In this document: positions 25,392 to 36,722 of the stretch, in pieces | Layout of the letters: every line of letters starts with the position of its first letter | Numbering within the stretch: the first letter of the stretch is position 1 | Assembly: GCF_964188315.1 (NCBI RefSeq) | Contig: NC_135655.1 | Span: 73,470,001-73,534,000, forward strand | Direction of reading: 5' to 3' | Origin: Podarcis muralis | Taxonomy: Eukaryota | DNA length: 64,000 nucleotides | Program-made: the position numbers and the translations under genes | Notes under the pieces: model-generated | What the model saw: the letters and a program-made list of their open reading frames with translations, nothing else | What the model was told of the DNA's origin: nothing | Database searches by the model: none

Positions 25392-25570
25392 TTACACCTT
25401 TCAGGTTGTTCAGGGAAATGCAGACATCTTCTGGAAATTTCAGCGTTACAACTTGATTGTGGAATACCACGGCCGGCCTGCGTTTGCCCCTCCCTTCATC
25501 ATTATTGACCACATTAAGCTGTTTCTTAGACGGATCTTTAAAAAGACAGAGCACAAAAAGGAGCACCTGG
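25392..25570 (+). CDS. TRPM5: TRPM5 exon 20 (TRP helix)
   Basis: (S)[59 protein letters not shown]; TRP box WKFQR; AAG acceptor. Confidence 0.95.
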
Positions 25571-26251
25571 GTAAGCTGTAGAGAGGTAATGGTAAGATGT
25601 TCAGCACAATCCGAGGGTCCACACATGCAGGATGATTCTCAAACGAGTATGTGCACTGCCTCCATTAAAAAACATTACCTTTTAAGCAATGTGGACTGAT
25701 ACAATAGTTCTGCTCACTTCTGACTAAAGCTGCTTTCAAAAAAAATCAATTTTGTGCAATAGCAATTAAATGTTCTTTCTAAATAATTAATGACGAGTTA
25801 CTAATATTTTTTAAAGGATACAGATTACTGAAGAAGATAGCACTCAGCGTTAGAAACTACAGCTCTGTCTTTAATAATTTAATATTTTTTTAGCATTCCA
25901 GAAGTCTGATTTTCAGTATTAAAGAAAGGGGGAATGGGCATGCTTTTATTTGCAGTGGTCTCATGGATCCATTCTAATACTGTAGATAATTGGAGCTATT
26001 ACCTCTCACAGCTCCAGTTATATCAAGTGTGCATGTGAAGGAGCTCTAGGAGTGAACACAAACCTTTCTGACATATTCAAGATTTTCTAGCTCATCGCCT
26101 TGAACTAAGTATATATGAACAGCAATAATTTTTTTTTGCATGGAAAATCTGACTCACTAGGCTCTGAACTTCCTTTCTTCTATCACACAGGTTGGCGTTC
26201 CCCAACCCTCATACTTAATCACATTGTGCTGTTTTGTTTCTTTTACTATAG

Positions 26252-26384
26252 AAAGAGATCTGCCAGGAGGTCTGGATCAAAAAATCATAATGTGGGAGAT
26301 GCTACAAAAAGAAAACTACCTGGCAAATCTGGAAACAAAGAAGAAAGAAAGCAGTGAAGAACGGCTAAAGAAAATGTCAGACAA
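26252..26384 (+). CDS. TRPM5: TRPM5 exon 21
   Basis: (E)RDLPGGLDQKIIMWEMLQKENYLANLETKKKESSEERLKKMSD; AA|GTGCGT. Confidence 0.92.
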
Positions 26385-27563
26385 GTGCGTATCTATGGAT
26401 AGGGACTTCCAAATCTCTGTTTTGATGCTAGCTGAGGGCCAAACCAGACTTTTGTGTCTGTGTTTATTAAACATGTGAACACTGATTTGGTTATAAAGCT
26501 GGATGGGTGGAGTTTACTTTTTATCAATGCATGGAAAGAGAAACTTAGGGAAGGGAGAGAAAAAATGATTCAGTTCAGGTTAAAGGCAAACCTATCTAAT
26601 ACTCATTTTCCATAACAATGCATGAACTGAAACAGAATCACGCTTCAACACCTGCACTTCTCCAAATTTTGCAATGAAATTCTCCAGCCAAGTAATGTGT
26701 AGAAAGATGCACATACTAGGGCAAAGTGCCTAAAATGCAGATATTCTTGCAAATGAACATACAAAAAAGCATTATATTAGGAGAAATTGCATTGCAGAAA
26801 AAAGTGTATATTAAGAGAAATCTGCATTAAAATGCTGATTAATTTTTACAAGGGCTTAAATTTAGAACTGAATGATGAGAAACTGAGAGAACCCAAAATT
26901 GACAAATTCATCCATCTCTAGAGGAAGTGAAAGCCACTCACTCTTGTCTCCCTGAGCTACACTGTCTGAAAATGTTCTCCCGCGATTGACTCCAGCCCTA
27001 GAAGTCCACCCCACTCCATTTAAATTAAAAACAAACAAACAAAACCATTCCTGCTTTATAAACCAGTCCATGCATATTTAGTCACCATGTGAGTGCCTAG
27101 TTTGGTTCTGAGACAGAAGATAAGCAGTTCCTTCCCTATGTTAAGTGGGTAACCAAAGCATTCCAAATTACTCAGGGCACAATTACTTAGAAAACAGATT
27201 TTCCATTGGAACTAGAGGAACACAGCATGCATTCAAGCCATTTGCTGTCCAAATCTCATGACCCTTCTGTAAAGCAGAGAGGATGTATTCTGCCACAGAA
27301 TCACTGATGGGAGCAGATGAAAGCCCATGGAGGAGTTGCAACTTAGCAAGTGTTGCATGGAAATTTCAACTGTATGAACTCCTGTATACGTGTGGGACCT
27401 ACACCAATGACCACAATTTGCACACTTGCTCAAAAAATGGGGAACAAGAATTGCAGGTAGAAAAACAGAGTCAGTATAGGCAGGTGTGAGCCAGTTCGGG
27501 GCTGGGGGGAGGGAAGGTAGATTCAATCCCACTGCCCTTTCTATTTACACAATTCAACTGTTA

Positions 27564-27922
27564 CAGTGGTACCTCGCAAGACGAATGCCTTGCAAGACAA
27601 AAAACTCACAAGACGAAAGGGTTTTTTGTTTTTTGAGCTGCTTCGCAAGACGATTTTCCCTATAGGCTTGCTTCGCAAGACGGAAACGTCTTGCAAGTTT
27701 GTTTCCTTTTTCTTAACACCGTTAATACAGTTGCGACTTGACTTCGAGGAGCAACTCATAGAACGCAGTGTACATAGTAGCCTTTTTTGAGGTTTTAAAA
27801 GACTTTGGTGATTTTTGAAGCTTTTCCAAAACTCTCCCGACACTGTGCTTCGCAAGACGAAAAAAATCGCAAGACGACAAAACTCGCGGAACGAATTAAT
27901 TTTGTCTTGCGAGGCACCACTG
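27564..27922. mobile_element. Tc1/mariner (Tigger-like) MITE
   Basis: TIR cagtggt(a/g)cctcgcaagac; TA TSD; multiple internal cgcaagacg subrepeats. Confidence 0.88.
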
Positions 27923-28113
27923 TACATTTAAGAAGGACTTTACTCTCAACTTACTTTCACTGGACTGAATCCTTTGCAACAGACCCAATGGCCACTGTCC
28001 CAGTCATGTACTGGAGTCTAATCCATGTTTGATCCAATAAAATGTCTATCTAAACTCCTCTAGTGCCTACCTCTTTGCTCACCGTTTTGATTTTCATCCC
28101 CCCCTCAAAACAG

Positions 28114-28186
28114 GGTGAACAATCTTTCAAAGTACTTTAATGGTCTGAAAGACCAAGAGAAACGGCTTAGATCTTTGGAATCACAA
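28114..28186 (+). CDS. TRPM5: TRPM5 exon 22 (coiled coil)
   Basis: (K)VNNLSKYFNGLKDQEKRLRSLESQ; GTAAGA. Confidence 0.92.
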
Positions 28187-28944
28187 GTAAGAATGCTTTT
28201 TCTTGTGTTTCAGCTGTGCTTTTGTTCATGCAGGGTATAGCTATAGAATTTTTTAGCATGGATTTAATTGCACAATTCTTTCCAAAATCTGCTTACAAAG
28301 CATTGTATAGACAGGATAATATGTCTCAGCTTATTTGGACAAAATAGAATTGATGTATTGATTAACACATGTGTTAATGTGTTGATCTGGTCAAGAAATT
28401 CCTCATATATGCTAATATGAATTTGTTAACCTATCTTTAAATGACATTATAAATTATAAATTATAGAGATCAGGCACCCTGCCATTCAAACTGGTATTTT
28501 TGTCCATCAGACAGTCAAGAGTTCTTCATTTTCCCACTTTAGTGAGGAAACTTTCCAGTCCAGTTTTATCTCTGCCTTCATTTTCAATCTATGGTCTAAA
28601 GTTTGGACTCTGAACCTTAGCAAGGATTTCCCTCGCCCTTCACATCCCTACTAAACTAGAAGTGCAGATACAGCAAGTTGCCTTCAATATTATTCATTCA
28701 AATGGCACCTAAGACCAAGGTCCATAAGTCATTGGCTGAATGTAGATTAGAGACAAGGTCTTCACCAGCAGCAACAGAGCTAAAAATGCAACTGTGAAGC
28801 TATGCTTTAGCTGATTAATTTGTGCTTTAAAAATGTATTCAAATCGCAAGCAAATCTGCCAGATCTCTTTAGGACTGCAATGCCAGTGTGTCATTTTGAA
28901 TGGTAATGGAAGATGTGGTGATACCAAAACCATTTCTTTTGTAG

Positions 28945-29035
28945 ATCTCCTACTGCACAGTTACCCTTTCCTCAATGGCAGACACCTTAAGCAACAACAG
29001 CTTCTTTTTGAACAGACAACCTATGAATTACACAC
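28945..29035 (+). CDS. TRPM5: TRPM5 exon 23
   Basis: ttcttttgtag acceptor; ISYCTVTLSSMADTLSNNSFFLNRQPMNYT; C|GTGAGT. Confidence 0.88.
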
Positions 29036-29099
29036 GTGAGTAAGGTGCAGAGAATAATTCTGAAAATAAATAAACAAAAGTAAAACAATTTTTAAAGAG

Positions 29100-29150
<51 letters not shown>
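29100..29150 (+). repeat. (AAT)n microsatellite
   Basis: seen directly. Confidence 0.95.
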
Positions 29151-29422
29151 TATTTATACCCTGCCCATCTGGCTGGGATTCCTCAGAATATTAAAATACA
29201 ATAATCTATTAAACATTAAAAGCTTCCCTAAACACTCCACACAATTTATCAAAAAGTGTTTGTTGTTAAAAATTACAGAGATTACTTAAAGTACTATTTC
29301 TTCCACTGAACTCAAAGTGGTGAGCATGGGGTTCCTTGGCAGTCTCCTGCCCAGGCACTAACCAAACCCAGACTTTCAGAAAGGTTGCTGCATCATGCGC
29401 TTTCCAAGTTCCAGACCTGGGA

Positions 29423-29437
29423 TGTGTGTGTGTGTGC

Positions 29438-29484
<47 letters not shown>
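29423..29484 (+). repeat. compound (TG)n(AG)n microsatellite
   Basis: seen directly. Confidence 0.93.
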
Positions 29485-29488
<4 letters not shown>

Positions 29489-30072
29489 TTGAACGTGTCA
29501 TGATGCCTAGTATTTCCACTGGAACTTTACACCCTGGAATCAGTTTGAGCAGTACAGATCAAAATGCTCAGTTGTGAAGATAAGCACTCAAAGCATACAG
29601 TCTGCTTTTCAGCTCCCTCAGCTTTGTGGACTCCATTAAGTTGACAGCTGCTCTCCACATCCATTGAGGGATGCAAGCATACGCTGGTTCCAAAGCTAAC
29701 AAGGAAGCCCTTGCTTATGCATTAGGTCATTGTATCTAATGGAGCACAGGCACGAGCGCACCCACCCACTCCAGTGCATGCTTCAGGGCTCTTCTCTGTA
29801 TGGACTTATTTTATTGATTTGATTTCTATACTGCCCTTCATCAAAAGATCTTGGGGCGGTTCACAAGATAGCTGAGATTCCTGTAATCCAAGGACTTCTA
29901 TGCATATACAGCAGCCGGACGAAAGGGAGGACAGCCACCCTGTGCCTTTAAGAGTTGTGTCAAATCAGCAGGTGTTGATTGCATAACAAGTGGACACCTG
30001 CTGAAATTCCTTCTGCTGCACAGCTCTTAAAGGTGCTTTTCCTCTTTTTCACCTGGTCACCTTAAATTCTCA

Positions 30073-30425
30073 AAAGGTAAAGGACCCCTTTACCTCAAAT
30101 GGGTTTGGGGAGCTCATCTTGCTTTCAGGCCGAGGGAGCCGGTATTTGTCCACAGCTTTCCAGGTCATGTGGCCAGCATGACTAAACTGTTTCTGGCGCA
30201 CCAGAACACTGTGACGGAAGCCAGAGTGCACGGAAACGGCGTTTACCTTCCTGCTGCAGTGGTACCTATTTATCTACTTACACTGGCATGCTTTCGAACT
30301 GCTTGGTTGGCAGGAGCTGGGACAGCCCAATGGGAGCTCGCCCCATTGCGGGGATTCAAACACCGACCTTCTGATTGACAAGCCCAAGAGGCTCAGTGGT
30401 TTAGACCACAGTGCCACCCGCATCC
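30073..30425 (-). mobile_element. Sauria SINE (diverged subfamily)
   Basis: aaggtaaagg tail, ggtcatgtggccagcatgact core, B box at ~30352. Confidence 0.85.
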
Positions 30426-30524
30426 ATATGTGGTGCTTTCCTCACTCACTGTCATTTGAAGGAAGTCCTGTATGCACTGGAGTTCCCACACCCACATAGG
30501 CCCTCTAGATCCGAGACAACAAAT

Positions 30525-30558
30525 GGCTTTTGTGGACGAAAGCCTATTTCATCAGATG
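30525..30558 (-). ncRNA. decayed Penelope-type hammerhead motif
   Basis: minus strand CATCTGATGA-A-ATAGGC(TTTC)GTCCAC-AAAAGCC. Confidence 0.45.
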
Positions 30559-30986
30559 TGATGGTGTAATGTCCTGCTGTTTGCCCTTGGATAGAAAAAT
30601 GTCTGTTCTGTCTCTTCATGAGATTAATGTGAATCTTTGTGAGATTAATGGATTTCTACTAAATCCAGTGCCTTCCATAGTGACAAATTCCAGAGGGGAA
30701 GCCATGTTAGGCTGCTGAAAAGAAAATACTTTTTTGGTCTTATCATTACTTGGCACACCAGACACTGCAGAGGAAGAATAATTCTAGACAGTGAAGCTAA
30801 AGGCCAGGAAACACAAGAGTCCAGGAAAGTCTGTGACATTTCTGTGCAAAGCTTGCATTTATGCAAGTGACCCGTTCACAGCAGCAGTAACCAAAGATGC
30901 TATCTTCCTAGTTATGCTTATTTTAACACCATCAACCAGAAAGAAACCTTTGCTTCATAAAATAACTACAGGTGTTAACTTAGCAT

Positions 30987-31409
30987 AGACTGGAAAGAGA
31001 AGTGGCTGAATTGCAACTTATTACCGAACTTAAAACCATGGAGAGACCTGGTCTGAATAGAGACATTGGATTTCATTATACATGATAAAGCTATTTTTAG
31101 CCATCTCACCCATTTCTTTTTTCTGTAAGACCAATTGCAGTCATTAACAGTTGTCAACAGGTTTACCACACCTATTAGCCAATCACCCATTCCCACCACC
31201 CTTCTGAGTAATACCCCTCCCCACCCTCTCACTATATATAAGGGTCTGGTGACTTCTGTTTCAGTGTATCTGAAGAAGTGTGCATGCACACGAAAGCTCA
31301 TATCAATAACAAACTTAGTTGGTCTCTAAGGTGCTACTGGAAGGATTTTTTTTTTATTTTTTATTTTGTTTCTACTACAGCAGACCAACACTGCTACCTA
31401 CCTGTAACT
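30987..31409 (+). mobile_element. Penelope-like retroelement 3' fragment (GIY-YIG C-terminus plus pLTR)
   Basis: RLEREVAELQLITELKTMERPGLNRDIGF resembles PLE endonuclease C-termini; followed by a pLTR with hammerhead and ggtgctactggaagg...gctacctacctgtaact end. Confidence 0.75.
31266..31303 (+). ncRNA. minimal type I hammerhead ribozyme, core intact, weak stem I
   Basis: GTAT-CTGAAGA-A-GTGTGCATGCACAC-GAAAGCTC-ATAT; predicted cut at 31299/31300. Confidence 0.7.
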
Positions 31410-31514
31410 ACAAGAAAAATGTCAGACCTTACTCCACCTCTGCATTTCATTATTGTTTCTCCCCAAACTTTCCCCCATCTTGGTCTGTGTGCAAAACTAG
31501 GACAATCCTTTCAT

Positions 31515-31645
31515 GCATCTGATGCAGTAGGCTCTATTCCATGAAAACCTATGCTACAATAAATCTGATGAGTCTTTAAGGTGCTGCAAATTTTTTTCCT
31601 CTTCTTGCTGCTACAGCCTAATCAATCTGCCCAACTGAAACAAAT
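31515..31645 (+). mobile_element. older Penelope pLTR fragment with decayed hammerhead
   Basis: GCAT-CTGATGC-AGTAGG...CCAT-GAAAACCT-ATGC, then aataaatct...gagtctttaaggtgc...gctgctacag. Confidence 0.55.
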
Positions 31646-31870
31646 AAGAGATAGTATATGGATGTTTGGTGGTGGAATTCTAATAGGCACAAAATGTAAG
31701 AAAACCCTCTCAATGATTTTCCCCCTTCTTTTAAAAGAAAACCCAGATACCATGGATGAAAGGGATTATAAGGAAATAGCTCTGCAGATATTTAGTAAAA
31801 CTCTCTGGCCTAAAACAACTCTTATACCTGCTCATATTAACCAGTGTTTTTACTCCAAAAACCTCCACAG

Positions 31871-31974
31871 GTTTCATAACCACAGGCACAAATCAAACGC
31901 CTGCACCAGAAGGCAATGAAGCTGGAGAAGGCACCCATCAGTTTGAAGATGACATGATGTACATCGATAACTAA
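31871..31974 (+). CDS. TRPM5: probable TRPM5 terminal coding exon 24
   Basis: ctccacag|G acceptor in the required phase 1; (R)FITTGTNQTPAPEGNEAGEGTHQFEDDMMYIDN*; length like the mammalian last exon; followed by a repeat-poor region with AATAAA sites; no recognisable homology. Confidence 0.62.
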
Positions 31975-32242
31975 CGCTACTTGCAGAAGATCAAACATTT
32001 TGCTGTGTTTTTGATTGACTTTTTGACATATTCATCATGGTCTTCAATTACCTAAAGGGGTTTTTCTTTTGATGGCCGAGTACTACTCTGTCTTCCGTAC
32101 CAAACATATAAAAAGCCCATGGAGAAGCATTGCATCCAATTTATTAGCCTTATAAATGCTGACTGATTGCTTCCAATAATCTATCACCTTCTCAGCTGTC
32201 CGATATTTAAACTTGTGCTGCTGTTCTAATTTATGCCATGCA

Positions 32243-32248
32243 AATAAA
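32243..32248 (+). promoter_or_regulatory. candidate TRPM5 poly(A) signal
   Basis: first AATAAA after the predicted stop; further copies at 32386 and 33595. Confidence 0.4.
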
Positions 32249-34142
32249 CCACTCATGCCAGACCATTCCAAACCTTCTTAGCAACAGTAATCAGCATATG
32301 TACAAAATACATTCTGCACATACTTTTTCCTTCTTGAAGGAAACTAGTTAAAAAATCCAATTATGATGCAGAGTATTAATTTGCAAATAAACCAATATGC
32401 TACTTTGACAGATCTCTGTACTATTGAGGAAAAAAGCACTTTGGTTGTAAAGCCGCAGCTTTAAGCTTCCACATAGCACAACTGCCATTAAAAAAATGGA
32501 TCACCAGGTTTGCCTGTAAAACAGAGAGCTGCTTAGAAGAACCCAGCAAGGTTCTACCACCTGCAACAACAGTCTTTTACTACTGGCAGTAGTAAAACAC
32601 TATTACTGAACAAGCTCTCTTAAACCCTACTGCAGTCACAAGGGCAGGCAAGGTTGGCACAATAATCTGGCATTGTTATTTTACCTTTAGCATTTGCTTG
32701 CAAGCAGGTACGTCTTCCCAGCATAGAGATGCAATAATCAGAAAGTGCTTCATTTGCTGTTATTTCTGATAGTGATGCAGCTATTATGCCTGCTAAAGGG
32801 GGGGGGATGACCGTATCTCATTCCCACGCCTGGTGAACAATGCAGAAAATGGACCTTAACTCACTTTTTGGGGGTGAAAGCAATTTGTCTTTCACCCCCA
32901 AAAGGTGACCTACATCTGATGGTTCTGAAAAAGAGCATAGACTTCTTAATAGTAAATAAATAGGACCTCAGAAGCTACTTCTCGCTGGACCATCAGATAA
33001 AGAAATCCAGAGTTTAGCCATTGTGACAGTTTAGAAAAATTAATGTTCAGCTAAAAGGGTACATCTTTCCATGTGAAGGACTATTTCAAAAACATGTCCA
33101 GGATATAATTCTGGAAATGTCACATGCATATGCTCAATGCCGTATTGTTAGATGACAAAATGTCTCCCTCCATGGAATACAGCTACTTGTTTTGAGTTGC
33201 AGCTGCAGGTTAATTGATGTAAGTAGGACACAAGCACCTAGTCAGCATTGAAGCAGACCAACTTTTTTCAGAATTCTACATTTCCCAAACATTTCTGAGG
33301 TCATTGGAAGTTGCCACTAGAATAAGATGGGTGGGTGGGTGTGGACACACCGAAGTGGGGGTGGGGGGTGGCGCTAGGTGGAAGCTAACTGTTACTCCCC
33401 TGAAGTGCTGACCAAGAGATCCAGCAAAATGAGATCTGGTGCTTTTTCAAAAACACAGATGTGTAAAATGTTAAAGCATGCAGATGTGTCATAAATTAAG
33501 CACCAAAGTGTAAGGTAATGCTGGAAATGACAATGCTTCATGATTGCAGTTAGCTTGCTCTGCAAAGCCACTTGAGTAGCTCATAAGGGAGAAAAATAAA
33601 ATGCAGGCAAGACACATTTATGCAGATTGCTCCCATCTTGCAGACTGAAATAATAAAAGTTCTGAAGCTCCTTTCCTAAGAGACATATTGAAATCTCAGC
33701 ATCGCTGCGCTCTAAGATATTACTTGGCTGGCTTATGGTTGCCACATTACATTTCTAAAGTTGGGAAGATTCAGCTTATAAATACTATTAACTTGCCAAC
33801 TACTTTTAATTTATCATCTTATCCAGATGCTAAAAAAGTTGATGTGAGTCTTATTTTTTTGGTCTATTGTTATTTTAACTCTTCAAATGTTTTAAATTAC
33901 TGTTAATTTTTCATAGTGATAATTTTATTGCTTTATTTTGTAAACTGCTTTGAGGTTTTTTAAACAATCAAGTGGTGTATAAATTTGATGAAATAAAAAT
34001 AAAATATGCTGGAAGAAAATGCCCCCTAGACCAGTAGTGAGGAGCCTTAAGTCTGTGGACCTTATTAGCCAGCTGGAGTAGATGCAGCTTTGCACAGTGA
34101 GGCAGCTGCATACCTGTGATCCTGCCCTTACCAGAGCATGAG

Positions 34143-34290
34143 AGACTCCTTTTTATCCTCATAACCCTCTGAAGTAGGTTAGGCTGCATGCCTGGTTAAA
34201 GGTCACCCAATAGGACTGCTTGGGTTTGGTGCGCATTTGAACCCAGCTCTCCCAACATTCTAATCCCCATTCCAGACACTGGCTCTCCGA
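34143..34290 (-). mobile_element. MIR/L2-tailed SINE remnant
   Basis: ttttatcctcataaccct...gtaggttaggctg tail; tttgaaccc B box. Confidence 0.55.
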
Positions 34291-34763
34291 GTGGCTAGAG
34301 TTCAGGTGCAAACCATTATATATGTGATTTTTAAAAACAAACATATTTTCATTAAGTGATTGTGTGATAGCCTTAATGTGGTTTTGTGCAATTTAAGTGG
34401 CTACCTTTCTCCTCCTTATCAAATACTCCTATGTATGAACCAGCAGTCAAGGGTCAGGCAAATTTGTCAGGGGCCCAAAACAATGAGATAGGAAGAGCTC
34501 TTTTTCAGTCACAGCATCCCAAGGTGAGCCTAACCAATTTGATTCCACTACAACCACCAAAGAACAGATTAATAACTGCTGCTACAGCTCGTAATAGGTT
34601 GAAGCAGCTTGTGGTTGAATGGACAGAGATAACAGAGTGGAAGAGAGCTGTTGCTGGAGGGAGAAGGTAGGGTTGGGTGGGGGAAATATACCTGTCAAGT
34701 TTTGACAAGCATCACCAGTTGCTAACACACATACCTTTGGACAAAAAAGCAGCAATTAAAATT

Positions 34764-34769
34764 TTTATT
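34764..34769 (-). promoter_or_regulatory. candidate TSSC4 poly(A) signal
   Basis: AATAAA on the minus strand ~920 nt past the stop, followed by U/GU-rich gctgcttttttgtc. Confidence 0.55.
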
Positions 34770-35687
34770 GACACCAAGGATAATATGAAAAGGATCACAT
34801 AGTAGGTCTGTTAAAGAGTCCGTTTTAAGTCCTTTAATTCCCAAACAAATCCAGTTAATTTGTTATGAAATCACTTTACTTTAGGGAGCAGCTCTTGGAT
34901 ATGCAGATGGAAACATCACAGTCGCAAAGGACGGAAGTAGTGGATATTCAGTGCTGAGATCATTCTTCATATTTCATAATCCAATGAAGTCTTATTCTGG
35001 CCGTTGGCTCTGTTTTCTCTAGCTTTTGAAAAATGTGTGCATGTTCCCTGCAAGCTTTGTTTCCATGATCCTAATTTGTTGCTATCAAGCACCATGCTAT
35101 ATAGAAACAAGGGAACATCCATGCTGCATTTTACAGCATGTAGACACTTCCCATTTTCAGTGCTTCTACAGCATATGGCTTGTTACTTACTGTGCTTTTA
35201 TTTTCATTGGCAGTGTGGAGAGGTATGGGCTTGGACTAAACCTTTGTTTGATCAAGCAAATATATCTGGATGCATCTTAGGCTTCATTCACATGGCATGT
35301 TTTGCCAGTACTCAGAGATGGGATATCAGTCAAAAGATTTTACACAAAGTGCTAAGCAAAACAGTAGCTCAACAAAATCTGGAGGAGTATGCAGGTATGC
35401 AGTTGTAAGATTTGTTCCAAAAGTGAAAAACAACAACAACCAGATGGTCCTTTACAGGCAGAGTATTTGTAGACATTTCTGCACCACTGCAAACTAAAAT
35501 TTTGTCTAGTTTTGATACTTCAACACAGAGGGACATCATGGAATCAGTAAATGGAACGCTAAAATATATCTAAGTCACAGCTCCAAGTATGCTAAACAAA
35601 GCAAGCAAGTAGCCAAAACTCATGCAAACAATGAAGAAAATAATTTTAGGGAAACACTTCTTTAAAAACACTATAATTTATCCAGCT

Positions 35688-36722
35688 TTAGGACTCTTCC
35701 TCCTCTTCATCATTGCTGGCTTTGGGTCGGAAATGCTTCCTATTCCTTTTCTTGCTACCATGGAATCCCATGGTCCCCACCACTGTCTCTTCATCTGCCT
35801 GAGAAGAATCTTCACCAGATCCTCTTTGAACACTTAACTCCTCCAGTTTTGGTTGTTTCCAATCCTCTGCTTCCTTTATATCTAAAGGGTCTAGTACACC
35901 CTCCTCCTTGTTCTGGGTCTTAGGCTTCTTTGGAGGGTTCTCTTTGGGTTCTTTGTTTGCATCACTAAGCTTGTCTTCTTCATCCTCCTTGGCGGCAGCT
36001 CTTTTCCTATCTGAGCCTGCTTTTGTGGGTTTCGTAAAGACAATCCTTCCAGCACCAGAACTGGAGGGATCCTGATTGAAGGATGGGGTGTAGCTTTCAG
36101 GAGAGGCTGACCTCTCTTCCCCTCTAGTCTTCTTCATGCCCTCCAGGAACTCCATGGCAATTGATCTGTTGGTCTTATCACTGGACTCTGAAACATCATC
36201 CAAGCTGTACTTGGTCCAGCGTTCTGGGTGTGCAACATAATCAGGAACTGCTGGAGAACTTTTAGGAGCTGGTGGTGGCTTGCTGTGTCTTCCAATGCTT
36301 TCTGCAGCAATCTTGCTTGAAATGTTGGGTGGAGGCAGAGGCCGCTTAAATCTTCCATCAATCACATTATCTTCAGCCATTGAGGGCACTGCTCGTTTGG
36401 CTGCCCCTTCCAGACAGTCAAAAATGCTCTGGCTGCGCTGGGAAAAGCTTGAACTCATGCCTTTCAGGTGAAACGGCTGCACAGGTGATTTTTGGTTGCT
36501 GTGTAAAGGGTCACCGCTTTCATCTGATCTACTACCCACATCATCTGAAGGAAGGGATTCCTCAGGAGATACAGTATCAACTTCAGCATCGCCAGGAAAC
36601 CCAAAGTCATCTGAATCTGAATCACTCAGAGAAATTGTGTCTGAAGGAAGGACACCCTCGTAATCGGTGGCCCCGCCAGCCACTATACCCATGAAGGGTT
36701 CACCTGCACCTTCATCACCCAT
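35688..36722 (-). CDS. TSSC4: TSSC4 (U5 snRNP assembly factor), single coding exon, 344 aa
   Basis: long intact ORF with the TSSC4 motifs PFHLKGMSSSFSQRSQSIFDCLE and VPDYVAHPERWTKYSL; strong Kozak (aatATGG); synteny between TRPM5 and CD81. Confidence 0.95.
   Translation of the reverse strand: MGDEGAGEPFMGIVAGGATDYEGVLPSDTISLSDSDSDDFGFPGDAEVDTVSPEESLPSDDVGSRSDESGDPLHSNQKSPVQPFHLKGMSSSFSQRSQSIFDCLEGAAKRAVPSMAEDNVIDGRFKRPLPPPNISSKIAAESIGRHSKPPPAPKSSPAVPDYVAHPERWTKYSLDDVSESSDKTNRSIAMEFLEGMKKTRGEERSASPESYTPSFNQDPSSSGAGRIVFTKPTKAGSDRKRAAAKEDEEDKLSDANKEPKENPPKKPKTQNKEEGVLDPLDIKEAEDWKQPKLEELSVQRGSGEDSSQADEETVVGTMGFHGSKKRNRKHFRPKASNDEEEEES

Noticed and set aside
27564-27922. Repeated cgcaagacg units with variable spacers (CRISPR-like look)
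   Set aside because: The units are only ~9 bp, irregularly spaced, in both orientations, and lie inside a TIR/TA-bounded MITE in a vertebrate.
30077-30378. Antisense Sauria SINE open in phase with TRPM5 exon 23 (~100-aa exonised tail)
   Set aside because: The acceptor (caaaag) is poor and antisense Sauria SINEs often have long open frames; better terminal exons exist.
32083-32271. Protein-like 62-aa minus-strand ORF (WHKLEQQHKFKYRTAEK...)
   Set aside because: No ATG start, convincing splice partners or recognisable homology; it is antisense to the predicted TRPM5 3'UTR.
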